DNA of 64,000 bases from Candidatus Thorarchaeota archaeon (GTDB taxonomy: Archaea > Asgardarchaeota > Thorarchaeia > Thorarchaeales > Thorarchaeaceae): positions 1,657 through 65,656 of the forward strand of contig JBHLRP010000004.1 of assembly GCA_048882485.1 (NCBI GenBank). The letters run 5' to 3'. A program made the translations under genes and the position numbers. The notes beneath the pieces were generated by a model, which saw nothing but the letters and a program-made list of their open reading frames with translations, was not told the origin of the DNA and did no database searches. This document shows positions 9,097 through 18,347 of this stretch, in pieces (the stretch's first letter is position 1; each line of letters starts with the position of its first letter).

Positions 9097-10185
9097 ATGG
9101 ACCTCGAACAACGCTTCGAATTAATCGCCGGAGTTGGCGAAGAGATAGTCACGAGGGAAGAGCTTCGGCAGTTGTTGGAAGACAAGAAGAATCCAATTGC
9201 ATATGATGGGTTCGAACCATCAGGCATGGCTCATCTTCCATTCGGAGTGTATCGACCACTCTTGCTGAAGGACCTCATCAAGGCCGGAGTCAGATTCAAG
9301 ATTTGGCTTGCTGATTGGTTTGCATGGATCAACAACAAGATGGGTGGTGACCTAGATAGAATAAAGACCACAGGAGAATACTTCATCGAGGTCTGGAAAG
9401 CTGCAGGTGTTCCTAGCAACAAGGTCGAGTTCCTGTTTGCGTCCGATGCGATGGACTCCATCGACTATTGGGAGAGAGTAGTGAGGATTGCAAAAGTCAC
9501 TACTATAGCTAGAGCAACACGTGCGTTGACAATCATGGGAAGGAGAGAAGGAGAGATGTCAGAAGTTGCACAGTACTTCTATCCAGTGATGCAAGCGTCA
9601 GACATCTTTCATCTTGAGGCTGACATTACCCAACTTGGTATGGATCAACGGAGAGCAAATATACTTGCGCGGGAGGTCGGCCCAAAGCTTGGTCTTTGGA
9701 AGCCCGTTGTGATAAGCCATCATATGTTGATCAATCTCGAGGGAGCAATTGAGCCCGATGGACTTGATGAAGCAGAACGAGACTGGCATATGATACAGTC
9801 GAAGATGAGTAAGAGCAAACCTTCCTCAAGCATATTTGTCCATGACTCGCTGGATGAGATTCGTTCGAAGATAATGGGAGCTTACTGTCCCCCGAAAGAA
9901 GTTGAAGGCAATCCCTTGCTTGATTATGCAAAGCACATAGTCTTCAGGGCATTCGACTCAATGGCTGTAGAAAGAAAGCCGAAGTTTGGAGGAGATGTCG
10001 AGTTCACAAACTATCAGGACTTGGAGAAGAGCTATGTGGCTGGAGATCTCCATCCACTGGACCTAAAGAATGCCATGACTATCTATCTGAATAAGGCAGT
10101 TCAACCAATTCGAGATCACTTTGAGAAGAAGGGAAGCGCTAACAGGTTATACGAACAGGTCAAGAGCTATCAGATCACACGTTAA
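9097..10185 (+). CDS. tyrS: Tyrosyl-tRNA synthetase, archaeal type
   Basis: 'YDGFEPSGMAHL', 'WLADWFAWINNKMGGDLDRI', 'KMSKSKPSS' (KMSKS), 'EGNPLLDY', 'KFGGDVEF..LHPLDLKNA'. Co-linear with archaeal TyrRS as I remember it. Confidence 0.85.
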   Translation: MDLEQRFELIAGVGEEIVTREELRQLLEDKKNPIAYDGFEPSGMAHLPFGVYRPLLLKDLIKAGVRFKIWLADWFAWINNKMGGDLDRIKTTGEYFIEVWKAAGVPSNKVEFLFASDAMDSIDYWERVVRIAKVTTIARATRALTIMGRREGEMSEVAQYFYPVMQASDIFHLEADITQLGMDQRRANILAREVGPKLGLWKPVVISHHMLINLEGAIEPDGLDEAERDWHMIQSKMSKSKPSSSIFVHDSLDEIRSKIMGAYCPPKEVEGNPLLDYAKHIVFRAFDSMAVERKPKFGGDVEFTNYQDLEKSYVAGDLHPLDLKNAMTIYLNKAVQPIRDHFEKKGSANRLYEQVKSYQITR

Positions 10186-10275
10186 ATCGCTCTTGGACTT
10201 GCGCTAGCCTTACTTAATGAGGGGCGAACCCCGTCGAAGCAATATGTTATCTGTAAGTATCCCCACCCCTGAGGC

Positions 10276-10806
10276 ATGTCAGAAGAGTCGAAGGAACTAA
10301 TAACGCTGGATAGACGGGGAGACTTGTGTCCTCGAGTTGCCTTCTTGTTCTCAATGATGGACAAAACCCGCGGGCGACTCCTCCGTGTGGTGGATGGCCT
10401 TTCAGATGATGAGCTAGACTATTCTCCAGACATGGAACGTGTAGAAACAATTGGCACACTTCTCCTTCATATAGCAGCTGTAGAATGGTCATGGATCTTC
10501 GAGGATATCGATGGAGAGGAGATGGACTATGAGAAATGGAAGTATGCATTTGCGCTGAGAGAAGAGGGTCTCCCACAATTGACAAAACAAGGTCTTCAGT
10601 TCTATATCGACCGCCTCGTAGAAGTTCGGAGCCAGGTCTTTCTCAGACTAAGAGAACTAGATGATTCCAATCTTCATGTTCTAGTCGACGTAGGTAGCGC
10701 TGAAGTAAGCATTGAATGGATCCTGTTCCATATTTTGGAGCATGAAGCCATGCACATTGGCCAAATATCAGTTCTAAAAAGGCTGGCAAAGAGTAGCCAG
10801 AATTAA
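10276..10806 (+). CDS. DinB/YfiT-like four-helix-bundle metalloenzyme family protein
   Basis: 'LLLHIAAVEWSW' and 'LFHILEHEAMHIGQISVL' are His-containing helices typical of the DinB superfamily. Confidence 0.65.
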   Translation: MSEESKELITLDRRGDLCPRVAFLFSMMDKTRGRLLRVVDGLSDDELDYSPDMERVETIGTLLLHIAAVEWSWIFEDIDGEEMDYEKWKYAFALREEGLPQLTKQGLQFYIDRLVEVRSQVFLRLRELDDSNLHVLVDVGSAEVSIEWILFHILEHEAMHIGQISVLKRLAKSSQN

Positions 10807-10843
10807 TCTCAGAAACCATTAGTTCAGCTAGGAGGCACGCTTT

Positions 10844-11608
10844 ATGGATGCATCAGAGATCAGAGATTTCCTGGATTTTGCAGTCGATGCGGCAGTGGAG
10901 GCTGGGAAGATCACAATGGATTACTTCCTTGAGTCTTTAGACATTGATATCAAGGCTGATGACACCCCAGTTACTGAAGCCGATAGAAAGGCTGAGAAGT
11001 ATATCCGAGAGCGCTTAGAGGCGGTTTATCCAACTCACTCGATTCTTGGGGAAGAGGGAGGGGCGAAGGAAAGAGGGGCGGACTTTAGGTGGATTATAGA
11101 TCCTATTGATGGGACCCAGTCATTCATTCGTGGAGTGCCCCTCTACACAGTGCTTATCGCCTTGGAGATGAAGGGAGAACCGCTTGTGGGGGTGATACAC
11201 AACCCCCCACTTCAGGAAACCGTGGCCGCAGGAATAGGATTTGGCTGCTTCTACAATGGAAATCCTTGCCAAGTCAGTTCTACATCAATACTGGAGAGAG
11301 CCTGGGTACAGGTCACAGACTATGCTGATCTCTTTAGACGGAGACCTAGATTTGCCACACGTCTTCTTGAGAACACTTATTCCTGCCGCACATGGGGAGA
11401 TGCATATGGCTATCTTCTTGTTGCAACAGGAAGAGTAGATGTGATGATTGACCCAATTATGAAGGTATGGGACATTGCACCGCTGAAACCCATTATTACT
11501 GAATCGAAGGGTGTCTTCACGGACCTTAATGGTAGTCCAAATGCAATGGGAGAGTCTTCTATTGCGTGTAATGAGATACTACATAGGCAAATAATGCAAC
11601 TTATGTAA
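10844..11608 (+). CDS. Inositol monophosphatase family phosphatase (IMPase/FBPase/HisN-like)
   Basis: 'ILGEEGG', 'WIIDPIDGTQSFIRGVPLY', 'WGDAYGYLLVATGRVDVMIDP..WDIAPLKPII'. GGAGG lies upstream of the ATG. Confidence 0.85.
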   Translation: MDASEIRDFLDFAVDAAVEAGKITMDYFLESLDIDIKADDTPVTEADRKAEKYIRERLEAVYPTHSILGEEGGAKERGADFRWIIDPIDGTQSFIRGVPLYTVLIALEMKGEPLVGVIHNPPLQETVAAGIGFGCFYNGNPCQVSSTSILERAWVQVTDYADLFRRRPRFATRLLENTYSCRTWGDAYGYLLVATGRVDVMIDPIMKVWDIAPLKPIITESKGVFTDLNGSPNAMGESSIACNEILHRQIMQLM

Positions 11609-11695
11609 CTGCTTTTTACCTGAATACTTATCAGAAAACCTTTACAGTATTCATTTCGTACTGCTGGGGGTGCGATGACTTGGGGATGATAAACC

Positions 11696-12859
11696 TTGAT
11701 AACATGTGCTAAATGTGGGAAAGCAAACCTCCCAACCAGAAAATACTGTCTGCGCTGCGGAGCATCACTAATTTCTACTCCGACGCCAGGACCTGAAAAG
11801 CCCGCTCCTGCACAGAAGGCAGCCGCTCCCGCAACCCCGCCCAACGAAGTCAGCGCCACAACAGACGACAAATGGGTTAGGCCAAGTGAAGTTTCAACGG
11901 ATCGAGTGCGAACAAGTGCCCCAAAGATGAAATCAGAGCTGGAAAAGGCGCGGGAGGCATTTGCCAGAGCTGAAGAGGTCGGGATAGAAGAGGGTGACGA
12001 GGGCATTGTCGAAACTAGAATGCTAAGAGCGAGTGAAGTAAGGGAGCTGTTAGAGTCTGCTGCAGAATACGAGGCCCAAGCTCCTCCAATGCCGACACCG
12101 CCAGAAACAACTGAACCCGGAGAGCCCCCACAGCCAGCACCGCCGGGAATACCGACGCCAAAGGACCTTGAAGAGGGGATATTGGGCTCACAATCGTCGC
12201 TTGTAGAAAAGCCAGCGCCTCCTGTAACGCCTGCACCCCCTCCTGAAACAAGTGGACCTCCTGGTGGCCCACCAGCTCCTGCAGCTCCTACACCTCCTGC
12301 AGCTCCCACACCTCCACCTGCATCTACACCTAAGCCGAAACCTCCTGCTCCTGCTGCAAAACCACCACCAACCGCCCCAGCTCCTGCTCCAGTAGCAGCA
12401 CCACCACCAAGCGTGCCCGTTGCTCAAAAGGTAATCCCAGAGGTAGAAGTAATTGAGATGAAGATATCCGACCCTGAATATCTCAAGGACAAGAAGATAA
12501 GCAACACACTGACAGATCTTAGGCATCTTCACCTTGAACTAAAGCAGGCAAATACGGATCTTGAAACTGTAGCCGCACATCTTGAGAATGATGTTCAGAA
12601 TTGCAGAAATTCTTCTGAAGTCAAGAGAATTCATTATGAGAGTATTCAGGAGCAGTCTCGTCTAGCAAAGGAGGAGTGGAGTGCTGCGGAGAAAGAATAT
12701 CGTGCTGCTCAAGACCGCCAGAAGAAAGAGATCTCGACCAGACAGAAGAGAATCGACAAGATCCAGAAGAGCATCGGCAAAGCAGAGTCTGTTGTAGAGA
12801 AACGTGTTCGAGACCTCGATAAAGAAAAGGAGAAACTAGCAGCACAGGAAAAGACCTAA
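11696..12859 (+). CDS. Zinc-ribbon / long polyproline low-complexity / C-terminal coiled-coil protein (387 aa)
   Basis: N-terminal 'CAKCGKANLPTRKYCLRCG'. About 130 aa of PPxP/AP-rich sequence ('PPGGPPAPAAPTPPAAPTPPPASTPKPKPPAPAAKPPPTAPAPAP'). The C-terminal ~140 aa are heptad-like and charged. TTG start; no in-frame ATG nearby. Confidence 0.7.
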   Translation: MITCAKCGKANLPTRKYCLRCGASLISTPTPGPEKPAPAQKAAAPATPPNEVSATTDDKWVRPSEVSTDRVRTSAPKMKSELEKAREAFARAEEVGIEEGDEGIVETRMLRASEVRELLESAAEYEAQAPPMPTPPETTEPGEPPQPAPPGIPTPKDLEEGILGSQSSLVEKPAPPVTPAPPPETSGPPGGPPAPAAPTPPAAPTPPPASTPKPKPPAPAAKPPPTAPAPAPVAAPPPSVPVAQKVIPEVEVIEMKISDPEYLKDKKISNTLTDLRHLHLELKQANTDLETVAAHLENDVQNCRNSSEVKRIHYESIQEQSRLAKEEWSAAEKEYRAAQDRQKKEISTRQKRIDKIQKSIGKAESVVEKRVRDLDKEKEKLAAQEKT

Positions 12860-12911
12860 CACCTAAGTCCAGAATAACGTTTTATCAAACAAAGCGTATT
12901 ATTTTAGTGAA

Positions 12912-13418
12912 TTGACAGACGAAAAATCGGACCTAGTGAAATTGGCAGTCATTGGAGCAATCAATGCAGGCAAAAGTACATTGATTGCCAAATTGGTGAC
13001 TGGTTCATTCATTGACTCATCTATGACGTCGGGAATTGATGTTTCATCTTGGACAATCTCAGTTGATGAGTTCACTTCAATCAAAGCATCGTTTTTCGAG
13101 TTCGATGAGCATAGAGAATTTGAGTTCTTTCAAGCAGCAGCCGTCACTGGAGCGAAGATAGCATTGATTATCTTCGATTGCTCATCTTTTGAGTCATTAT
13201 TGGCTGTTGAAGAGTGGGTAGGAATGGTTTCCAATTTGCCACGAAACAGGAAGCTGTTCGTGGGAACTAAACTTGACATGTGTGAAGATGTTGACTACGA
13301 TGCAATCCATGAAATCACATCACGTCACGGAATAGACTTTCTATTGGTGAGCTCCCAGGAGGGGACCAATATTGGCACCCTCGCCCGGCGATTGGGTGAG
13401 ATGGCTCAGCGGTCTTGA
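12912..13418 (+). CDS. Ras-superfamily small GTPase with a non-canonical switch II
   Basis: G1 'GAINAGKST', G4 'GTKLD', G5-like 'VSSQ'. The G3 position reads 'FDEHRE' instead of DxxGQ. TTG start. 52 nt downstream of the polyproline gene. Confidence 0.75.
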   Translation: MTDEKSDLVKLAVIGAINAGKSTLIAKLVTGSFIDSSMTSGIDVSSWTISVDEFTSIKASFFEFDEHREFEFFQAAAVTGAKIALIIFDCSSFESLLAVEEWVGMVSNLPRNRKLFVGTKLDMCEDVDYDAIHEITSRHGIDFLLVSSQEGTNIGTLARRLGEMAQRS

Positions 13419-13716
13419 AATGGGTTCAGGCAAGGAGTTTTGCGGTGGTATTTGTTGCGGAGAAGAGTCTTGTGATTTTGGATGATAATGGGTCTGGCGA
13501 GGATTTCTATAGGACTGATTGAAAGGGACATGCCTCTTTGGGCACGAATGCAAGAAATTGCAGCTAGTTTGACTACTGTGGCTCTTACGGGTATTGTTGC
13601 TATATCCCCTGTAGCAGATTTCTCAACTATTCTGCTATTCCTTCAAATCATGGTCATCGCAAATGGCTTTGCAAGAACCTCGAGAGGCTATGTTGGCGTT
13701 TAGCAGTACCTTTCAA

Positions 13717-14715
13717 CTAATCTACGAAGACGGATGGTTCAAGAATGGCATCTTCAATGGCTTCCTCTTCGATTCTAATGAAGGGATCTCGAAGCCAGCT
13801 TACTAGTCCCCAAATGGAAGGGACAAGAGAGATTGTCATTAGGATTATTGAGAAGGTGATGACTGTTGCATAGTCGATTCCCATTGCTCCGAGTACAATT
13901 AGAAGAATTCCCTCCCTCACACCAATTCCTTGAATTGAAATAGGTACTGTTACAAACATTGCAGTTATTGTTGCAGCCAAGGCTACAGAAATCCAAGGAA
14001 GCTGGATATCTAGAGCTCTTGCCAGAAGAACACTTTGCATTGCGTAGAGCAGCCAAGCCCCACCAGCCAGCATGAGCGCCAAGAGCAGTGAGTTCCACCC
14101 TGCAAGGCGGAGGGATTCGCTAATTCCAACACTATGCGCGCCAGGAATCCCTTTCTTCTTCAATCTCCTTATTCGGACACCTATCAGCCAAGGGGAGAGC
14201 ACGAATTTCAAAACTCTGTAAGTGACATAGCAAGCGAACAGAAAAATAGCAGCAAATCCAAGTACGGCCAATGCAAAGAGGTAATCGATTTCTAGTATTG
14301 CAAGTACGGCAATTGTGGTTATCAAATAAGGGACAAAGGACGCAATGACGGCATCTAGAAACACACTCATTATCGAACGCTCAGTCGTATTGCCTCTACC
14401 CTTCAAATATGGTACTCTAACAAGGTCGCCAAGTGCTCCGGGCACTGCGAAGCTCATCATCTGGGCAATGCATAGGCCATCAACTGCTTCCAGAACATCT
14501 AGGCGCACATCCAGTGCAGATGTGATTACATGCCACCGAGCTCCCTTCAGAATCATAACCGGTACCACCAATGCAGCGGCTAATAGGACTGAAGCTCCAT
14601 CAAGTGATAGTGCCAACTGTGCAACCTGAGTAAAGTCGATACTAAGCAAAAGAAAGATGAAGAGGATGATTCCAATGAAACGAATCAGATGACGTGCAAG
14701 ACTTCTTCGTTTCAT
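13717..14715 (-). CDS. Polytopic membrane protein, lysylphosphatidylglycerol-synthase-TM-like (UPF0104/flippase-like) family
   Basis: About 8 hydrophobic helices. The basic N-terminus 'MKRRSLARHLIRFIGIILFIF' is typical of this family. Confidence 0.55.
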   Translation of the reverse strand: MKRRSLARHLIRFIGIILFIFLLLSIDFTQVAQLALSLDGASVLLAAALVVPVMILKGARWHVITSALDVRLDVLEAVDGLCIAQMMSFAVPGALGDLVRVPYLKGRGNTTERSIMSVFLDAVIASFVPYLITTIAVLAILEIDYLFALAVLGFAAIFLFACYVTYRVLKFVLSPWLIGVRIRRLKKKGIPGAHSVGISESLRLAGWNSLLLALMLAGGAWLLYAMQSVLLARALDIQLPWISVALAATITAMFVTVPISIQGIGVREGILLIVLGAMGIDYATVITFSIILMTISLVPSIWGLVSWLRDPFIRIEEEAIEDAILEPSVFVD

Positions 14716-14915
14716 AGAATCTTCACCTGTTCGGGTTAGTCAGTCGAATCTTATCTCCGCAGTGTGCCAATACAAACTTGGTAGAATTATTAGTGCTGTT
14801 GCATGCAAAGCAGAATTGTGAATAGACCCCTGATAATCTCATTGGGTGTGGACTGACAATTTATACCTCTTAATCCCTGCTTTTCATGAATTTATGTGGA
14901 TGCACTCTGGTGTAC

Positions 14916-15383
14916 TCATGGAGGAGTCCAGTCTAAAGGAATGTTTGCAGCAAGAGATCTAATCAGTTCCTTTGTCATCTTATCGTCAAATCTACAGCTC
15001 TCCCACACCTTTTGTTCAAACACTAGATTATCCTTATCCCTAATCGAAAACGTGAGCACTGCAGTATTGGGGAGTGCCCTTTCCGAACAGTTCTCCAAGT
15101 CCCATATTTTCTTCTGCACCAAATCTTGTACGAAGACGGACAGCCTATCATTGGAAAACGCAATCTCTCTCTTTTTAGCTGCTTTAGCCTCTTTCTTGAT
15201 ATCCAGTGGTGTTCCTTTTGGTATCTTCCAATGTACTATCTTGTCAGAGGTTACAATGATTCTGAGTCGTGAATAATACGCAGTGTGTCCAGACTGGTAT
15301 TCGAATGAGAAGTTCGCCAGTTCGGCTTTCCCTTTTAGTAGATCCTTAAGGTAGTTCTTCAATTCCTTCTTGGTATATGTCAC
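14916..15383 (-). CDS. Hypothetical protein (155 aa)
   Basis: ORF with tandem GAGGT boxes upstream of a GTG start. No recognisable motif. Confidence 0.5.
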   Translation of the reverse strand: MTYTKKELKNYLKDLLKGKAELANFSFEYQSGHTAYYSRLRIIVTSDKIVHWKIPKGTPLDIKKEAKAAKKREIAFSNDRLSVFVQDLVQKKIWDLENCSERALPNTAVLTFSIRDKDNLVFEQKVWESCRFDDKMTKELIRSLAANIPLDWTPP

Positions 15384-15668
15384 ATACCTCTACCTCAACC
15401 TCGTTGGGCTCACTGATATACATCCAAGAAAACATGTGCATAATAAGATATGTAGGAGAGGTAGAGATACGAAGCAGGGAGAATTCTAGTCCGGTCCACG
15501 ATTAGGGTTTTGAAAAGAAAATAGTAGTTAAAGAGGCATGTCGGAAATCGCGCATAGATTTTGAATATATGATATAGAATGAACGCGATTCGCCTTGTCG
15601 TGATTGGTTTCGAAAGTCTCATAACATTATCGAGCATATTAGTCTAGAGATATTTGCGAGGTGGTCAA

Positions 15669-15956
15669 ATGAAGTACATTGTATTCTGGGAGTACGACCC
15701 AAATGAGATAGATAAAGCTGTCAAGAAGTTGATTGAATTCAGAGATGAGATCAAAAAGAATCCAGAAAGATACGCAAAGCCTGTCACACCAAATTACACG
15801 ATGAGTGTCGGGTTCAAGGGTTTCCAGCTATTTGAAGCTGAGAACTCAGAACAACTTGCGAGGATGGTCCTTCATTACAGACCTGAAGTGAAATTTGAGA
15901 TTATTCCAATCACTGAAACCAAAAAGACAGTAAAGCTCTACCACGACTCCAAATGA
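15669..15956 (+). CDS. Small hypothetical protein (95 aa)
   Basis: ATG at 15669 is preceded by GAGGTGG. 'MKYIVFWEYDP' resembles small alpha/beta proteins of unknown function. Confidence 0.55.
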   Translation: MKYIVFWEYDPNEIDKAVKKLIEFRDEIKKNPERYAKPVTPNYTMSVGFKGFQLFEAENSEQLARMVLHYRPEVKFEIIPITETKKTVKLYHDSK

Positions 15957-16057
15957 ATTGCCATACTCTACCGAATACCGTTTCACAGCTTTGGGAAAAT
16001 AAAGATAAGAGAGGTTTGAAGGAGGGCTTTGCGGCCCTACCTTCAGAGACTGTTGGT

Positions 16058-17197
16058 CTAGATGCACCTATGAATGACTTCAGGTCCTGCTTCCTCGAAC
16101 TCCTTTCTGGAAACCCACATCTTCTGGAAGGTCTTCAGTGAGGCAAGGATGCTTCCACCGATCCAGACAGAGTACTGCCTCTCGGGTGGAGCAATGATTC
16201 GGACCTCGATGTTCTCTGGGACTAGCTCGGTGATCTCCTTGTGGAGCCTCTCCTTGAGTCCTGGGAACATGGTTGAACCACCAGACAGCACAACATTGGC
16301 ATAAAGGTCACGTCGCAGGTCGACGTCACATGCCTTGATTGACTCAACAATGTGGTCGTCTAGTGGTTGGGTGTCAAGACCGATCGCGCTTGGGTTGAAG
16401 AACAACTCTGGTGCTTGGAACCTCTCTGCACCTACAGTGATTACCTCACCGTCTGGTAGCATGTAGGGTTTATCAACACCTGCCTTGTCGGCTACGGTTC
16501 GCTCTCTCTCAGGATCAAGGGCTACGTAACATAGCTTCTCCTTGACATCTCTGACAATTTCCTTCTCTGCACCGCTTACAAAGGAATAACCCCTCTGTCT
16601 GAGCAGTCTGCGCAGATACTCGGTGATGTCACGGCCTGCGAGGTCGATTCTTTTGATGGCGTGGGTGATAGCAAAGCCCTCGTAGATTGGGACAATGTGT
16701 GTCACACCATCTCCGGAGTCAATAACTAGCCCCGTCGTTCTTCCGGACGCGTATAGCGAAAGCACTGCCTGTGTGGCAACGTACACTGCTGGAACACCAA
16801 AATTGTCGAACATCACTGAGGCCATTCTCTCACGGTTCTCACGTGGGTTGAATGGTGCTTCAGTCAGTAGGACTGGGTTCTCACTCGGGTCTACTTTGAG
16901 GTCATTATAGAACGTGTAGCTCCATATCTTCTCAATAGCGTCCCAGTCATCAATCACACCGTGTGTGATAGGATAGACCAGTCGCAGAACACCACGCAGG
17001 TTAATGGCTTCCTCACCGATGTAGTAGTCTCTGGTATAGTGATCAACATCGGTCATGATTGATTCGTATCTTGGATATCCAATCAGTGTGGGCCAAACAC
17101 TTCGTGGCTGATCTTCGCCGGCGTATCCGTTCTTGCTAAGGCCAGTGCCGTTGTCAATGACAATGGGCTTCGCGCCAAGGAACTCGTCTTCAGCCAT
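16058..17197 (-). CDS. Actin, eukaryote-like (Asgard 'lokiactin'-type)
   Basis: '[31 protein letters not shown]', '[13 protein letters not shown]', '[33 protein letters not shown]', '[11 protein letters not shown]', '[13 protein letters not shown]', '[13 protein letters not shown]'. These are near-identical to conserved eukaryotic actin blocks. Confidence 0.95.
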   Translation of the reverse strand: MAEDEFLGAKPIVIDNGTGLSKNGYAGEDQPRSVWPTLIGYPRYESIMTDVDHYTRDYYIGEEAINLRGVLRLVYPITHGVIDDWDAIEKIWSYTFYNDLKVDPSENPVLLTEAPFNPRENRERMASVMFDNFGVPAVYVATQAVLSLYASGRTTGLVIDSGDGVTHIVPIYEGFAITHAIKRIDLAGRDITEYLRRLLRQRGYSFVSGAEKEIVRDVKEKLCYVALDPERERTVADKAGVDKPYMLPDGEVITVGAERFQAPELFFNPSAIGLDTQPLDDHIVESIKACDVDLRRDLYANVVLSGGSTMFPGLKERLHKEITELVPENIEVRIIAPPERQYSVWIGGSILASLKTFQKMWVSRKEFEEAGPEVIHRCI

Positions 17198-17543
17198 TTT
17201 TTTTCGGTCCTCTTTTTTTTGGTTAATGAGCAGATCTCAGAACCTAGATTCTAACTCAGAGTTCACGAACTCTTCGCTGATGTACTGTTGCCTTTCGACC
17301 ATATTTAAGACTATTCTGTCTTAGTCTCCTTAAATCAAAGATTCATCTAATATATATTCGATTACTACCAGACCTACATAGGTCATATATTTCTGGTGCT
17401 TTTACTAGCTTTGAAATGCTCTTCTAAAGGCCTTATATACATCATTAAGCGTGTTTTTGTTTTAATCAATAGTGCAGGAAATAACATTACATAGACAGAA
17501 TATATATATAATATATGTCTTTGAAGTAAAGTGGCGCGAAACG

Positions 17544-18341
17544 ATGTTCTGGGAAACTGCAGACACGGTCATCAGACGGGAGATTCAGATTGACGCCAGA
17601 AGAATAATACTTGATCTGTTAGAAGGTGGTCCGAAGACAGGGATAGAACTGCGGGAAGCCATCAAGCGATTCAAACAGACCCAAGAGATGGACAAGGCTA
17701 GAGAGGAGAAGCGAAAGCTCACCAAGAAACAGATACAAGCCATCAATGTAACCGACCCACACCTGTATCACAATACGAAACACCTGGAGAATCTCCAAGT
17801 AATCACTAGCAGGAAGAGCTCAAGAATACGGCTCTTTGGACTGGTGCCATGGGCAATCCAACCTGTGAGAAGAGTTCTGGGGATAACCCGCCCAGTGGCT
17901 CTCATCACCTCGATGTCACGCCCCGAAGATCAGAGACCATTCATCACTTGGCTGAATGACCAGAAAGATTTCGACGTGAGAGCACTCCATGTCATAGTCG
18001 AAGATAGAACCTTTGCAAGAGGCTCGTCAAGGGATCTGGCAAGATACTTGCCTGAAAAGGCCGAGCCAAGGTGGGAGATACAGTGGCACGACTTGCCCGT
18101 CGACTCTGCAGGCAACTATGACACAAATATTCCCGGCGATGTTATGCTCACCCAGCGAGAGATTGAGAACATAATAACTGACAACATCACTCTGTATGAT
18201 CTTGTTATTGATCTCTCAACAGGACCGCCCCTGATTGTGCTTGCCCTCTCACTCTTGGCCATGCATTACTCGCTGAGTGCCATATTCGTGAATCACAAGG
18301 ATGGTAGCAATATCATAACTCGAGTGTTGCCAAGGGGCTGA
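17544..18341 (+). CDS. Winged-HTH protein with a C-terminal alpha/beta (possibly ligand-sensing, CARF-like) domain
   Basis: 'ARRIILDLLEGGPKTGIELREAIKRF ... HLENLQVITSRKSSRIRLFGL' (wHTH with an insert). C-terminal 'PVALITSMS...LVIDLSTGPPLIVLALSLLA' (Rossmann-like). Start set at the internal ATG (M25); the longer ORF runs into an AT-rich promoter region. Confidence 0.6.
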   Translation: MFWETADTVIRREIQIDARRIILDLLEGGPKTGIELREAIKRFKQTQEMDKAREEKRKLTKKQIQAINVTDPHLYHNTKHLENLQVITSRKSSRIRLFGLVPWAIQPVRRVLGITRPVALITSMSRPEDQRPFITWLNDQKDFDVRALHVIVEDRTFARGSSRDLARYLPEKAEPRWEIQWHDLPVDSAGNYDTNIPGDVMLTQREIENIITDNITLYDLVIDLSTGPPLIVLALSLLAMHYSLSAIFVNHKDGSNIITRVLPRG

Positions 18342-18347
18342 GCCAAG

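Noticed and set aside
9205-9225. 'GGGTTCGAACC' T-arm-like sequence that could hint at a tRNA
   Set aside because: It lies inside tyrS and encodes the conserved 'DGFEPSG'. No acceptor or anticodon arms can be drawn around it. I found no convincing tRNA anywhere in the window.
10221-10234. 'GGGGCGAACCCC' stem-loop after tyrS as a terminator
   Set aside because: The stem is only 4 bp and there is no following T-tract. This is too weak to call.
11410-12309. 299-aa Gly/Ala/Ser-rich ORF on the minus strand
   Set aside because: It is the antisense shadow of the proline-rich (CCN-rich) part of the 11696-12859 gene. It also overlaps the IMPase 3' end and has no start context or domain.
13482-13703. 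73-aa ORF with hydrophobic stretches in the GTPase-to-membrane-protein spacer
   Set aside because: No RBS, short, and overlapped by an antisense ORF of similar size. It cannot be supported without expression or conservation data.
15410-15637. 75-aa ORF in the AT-rich region between 15383 and 15669
   Set aside because: Its composition (Y/F/I/L/K-rich) reflects AT-rich promoter DNA. The region lies between two divergent genes and most likely holds their promoters.
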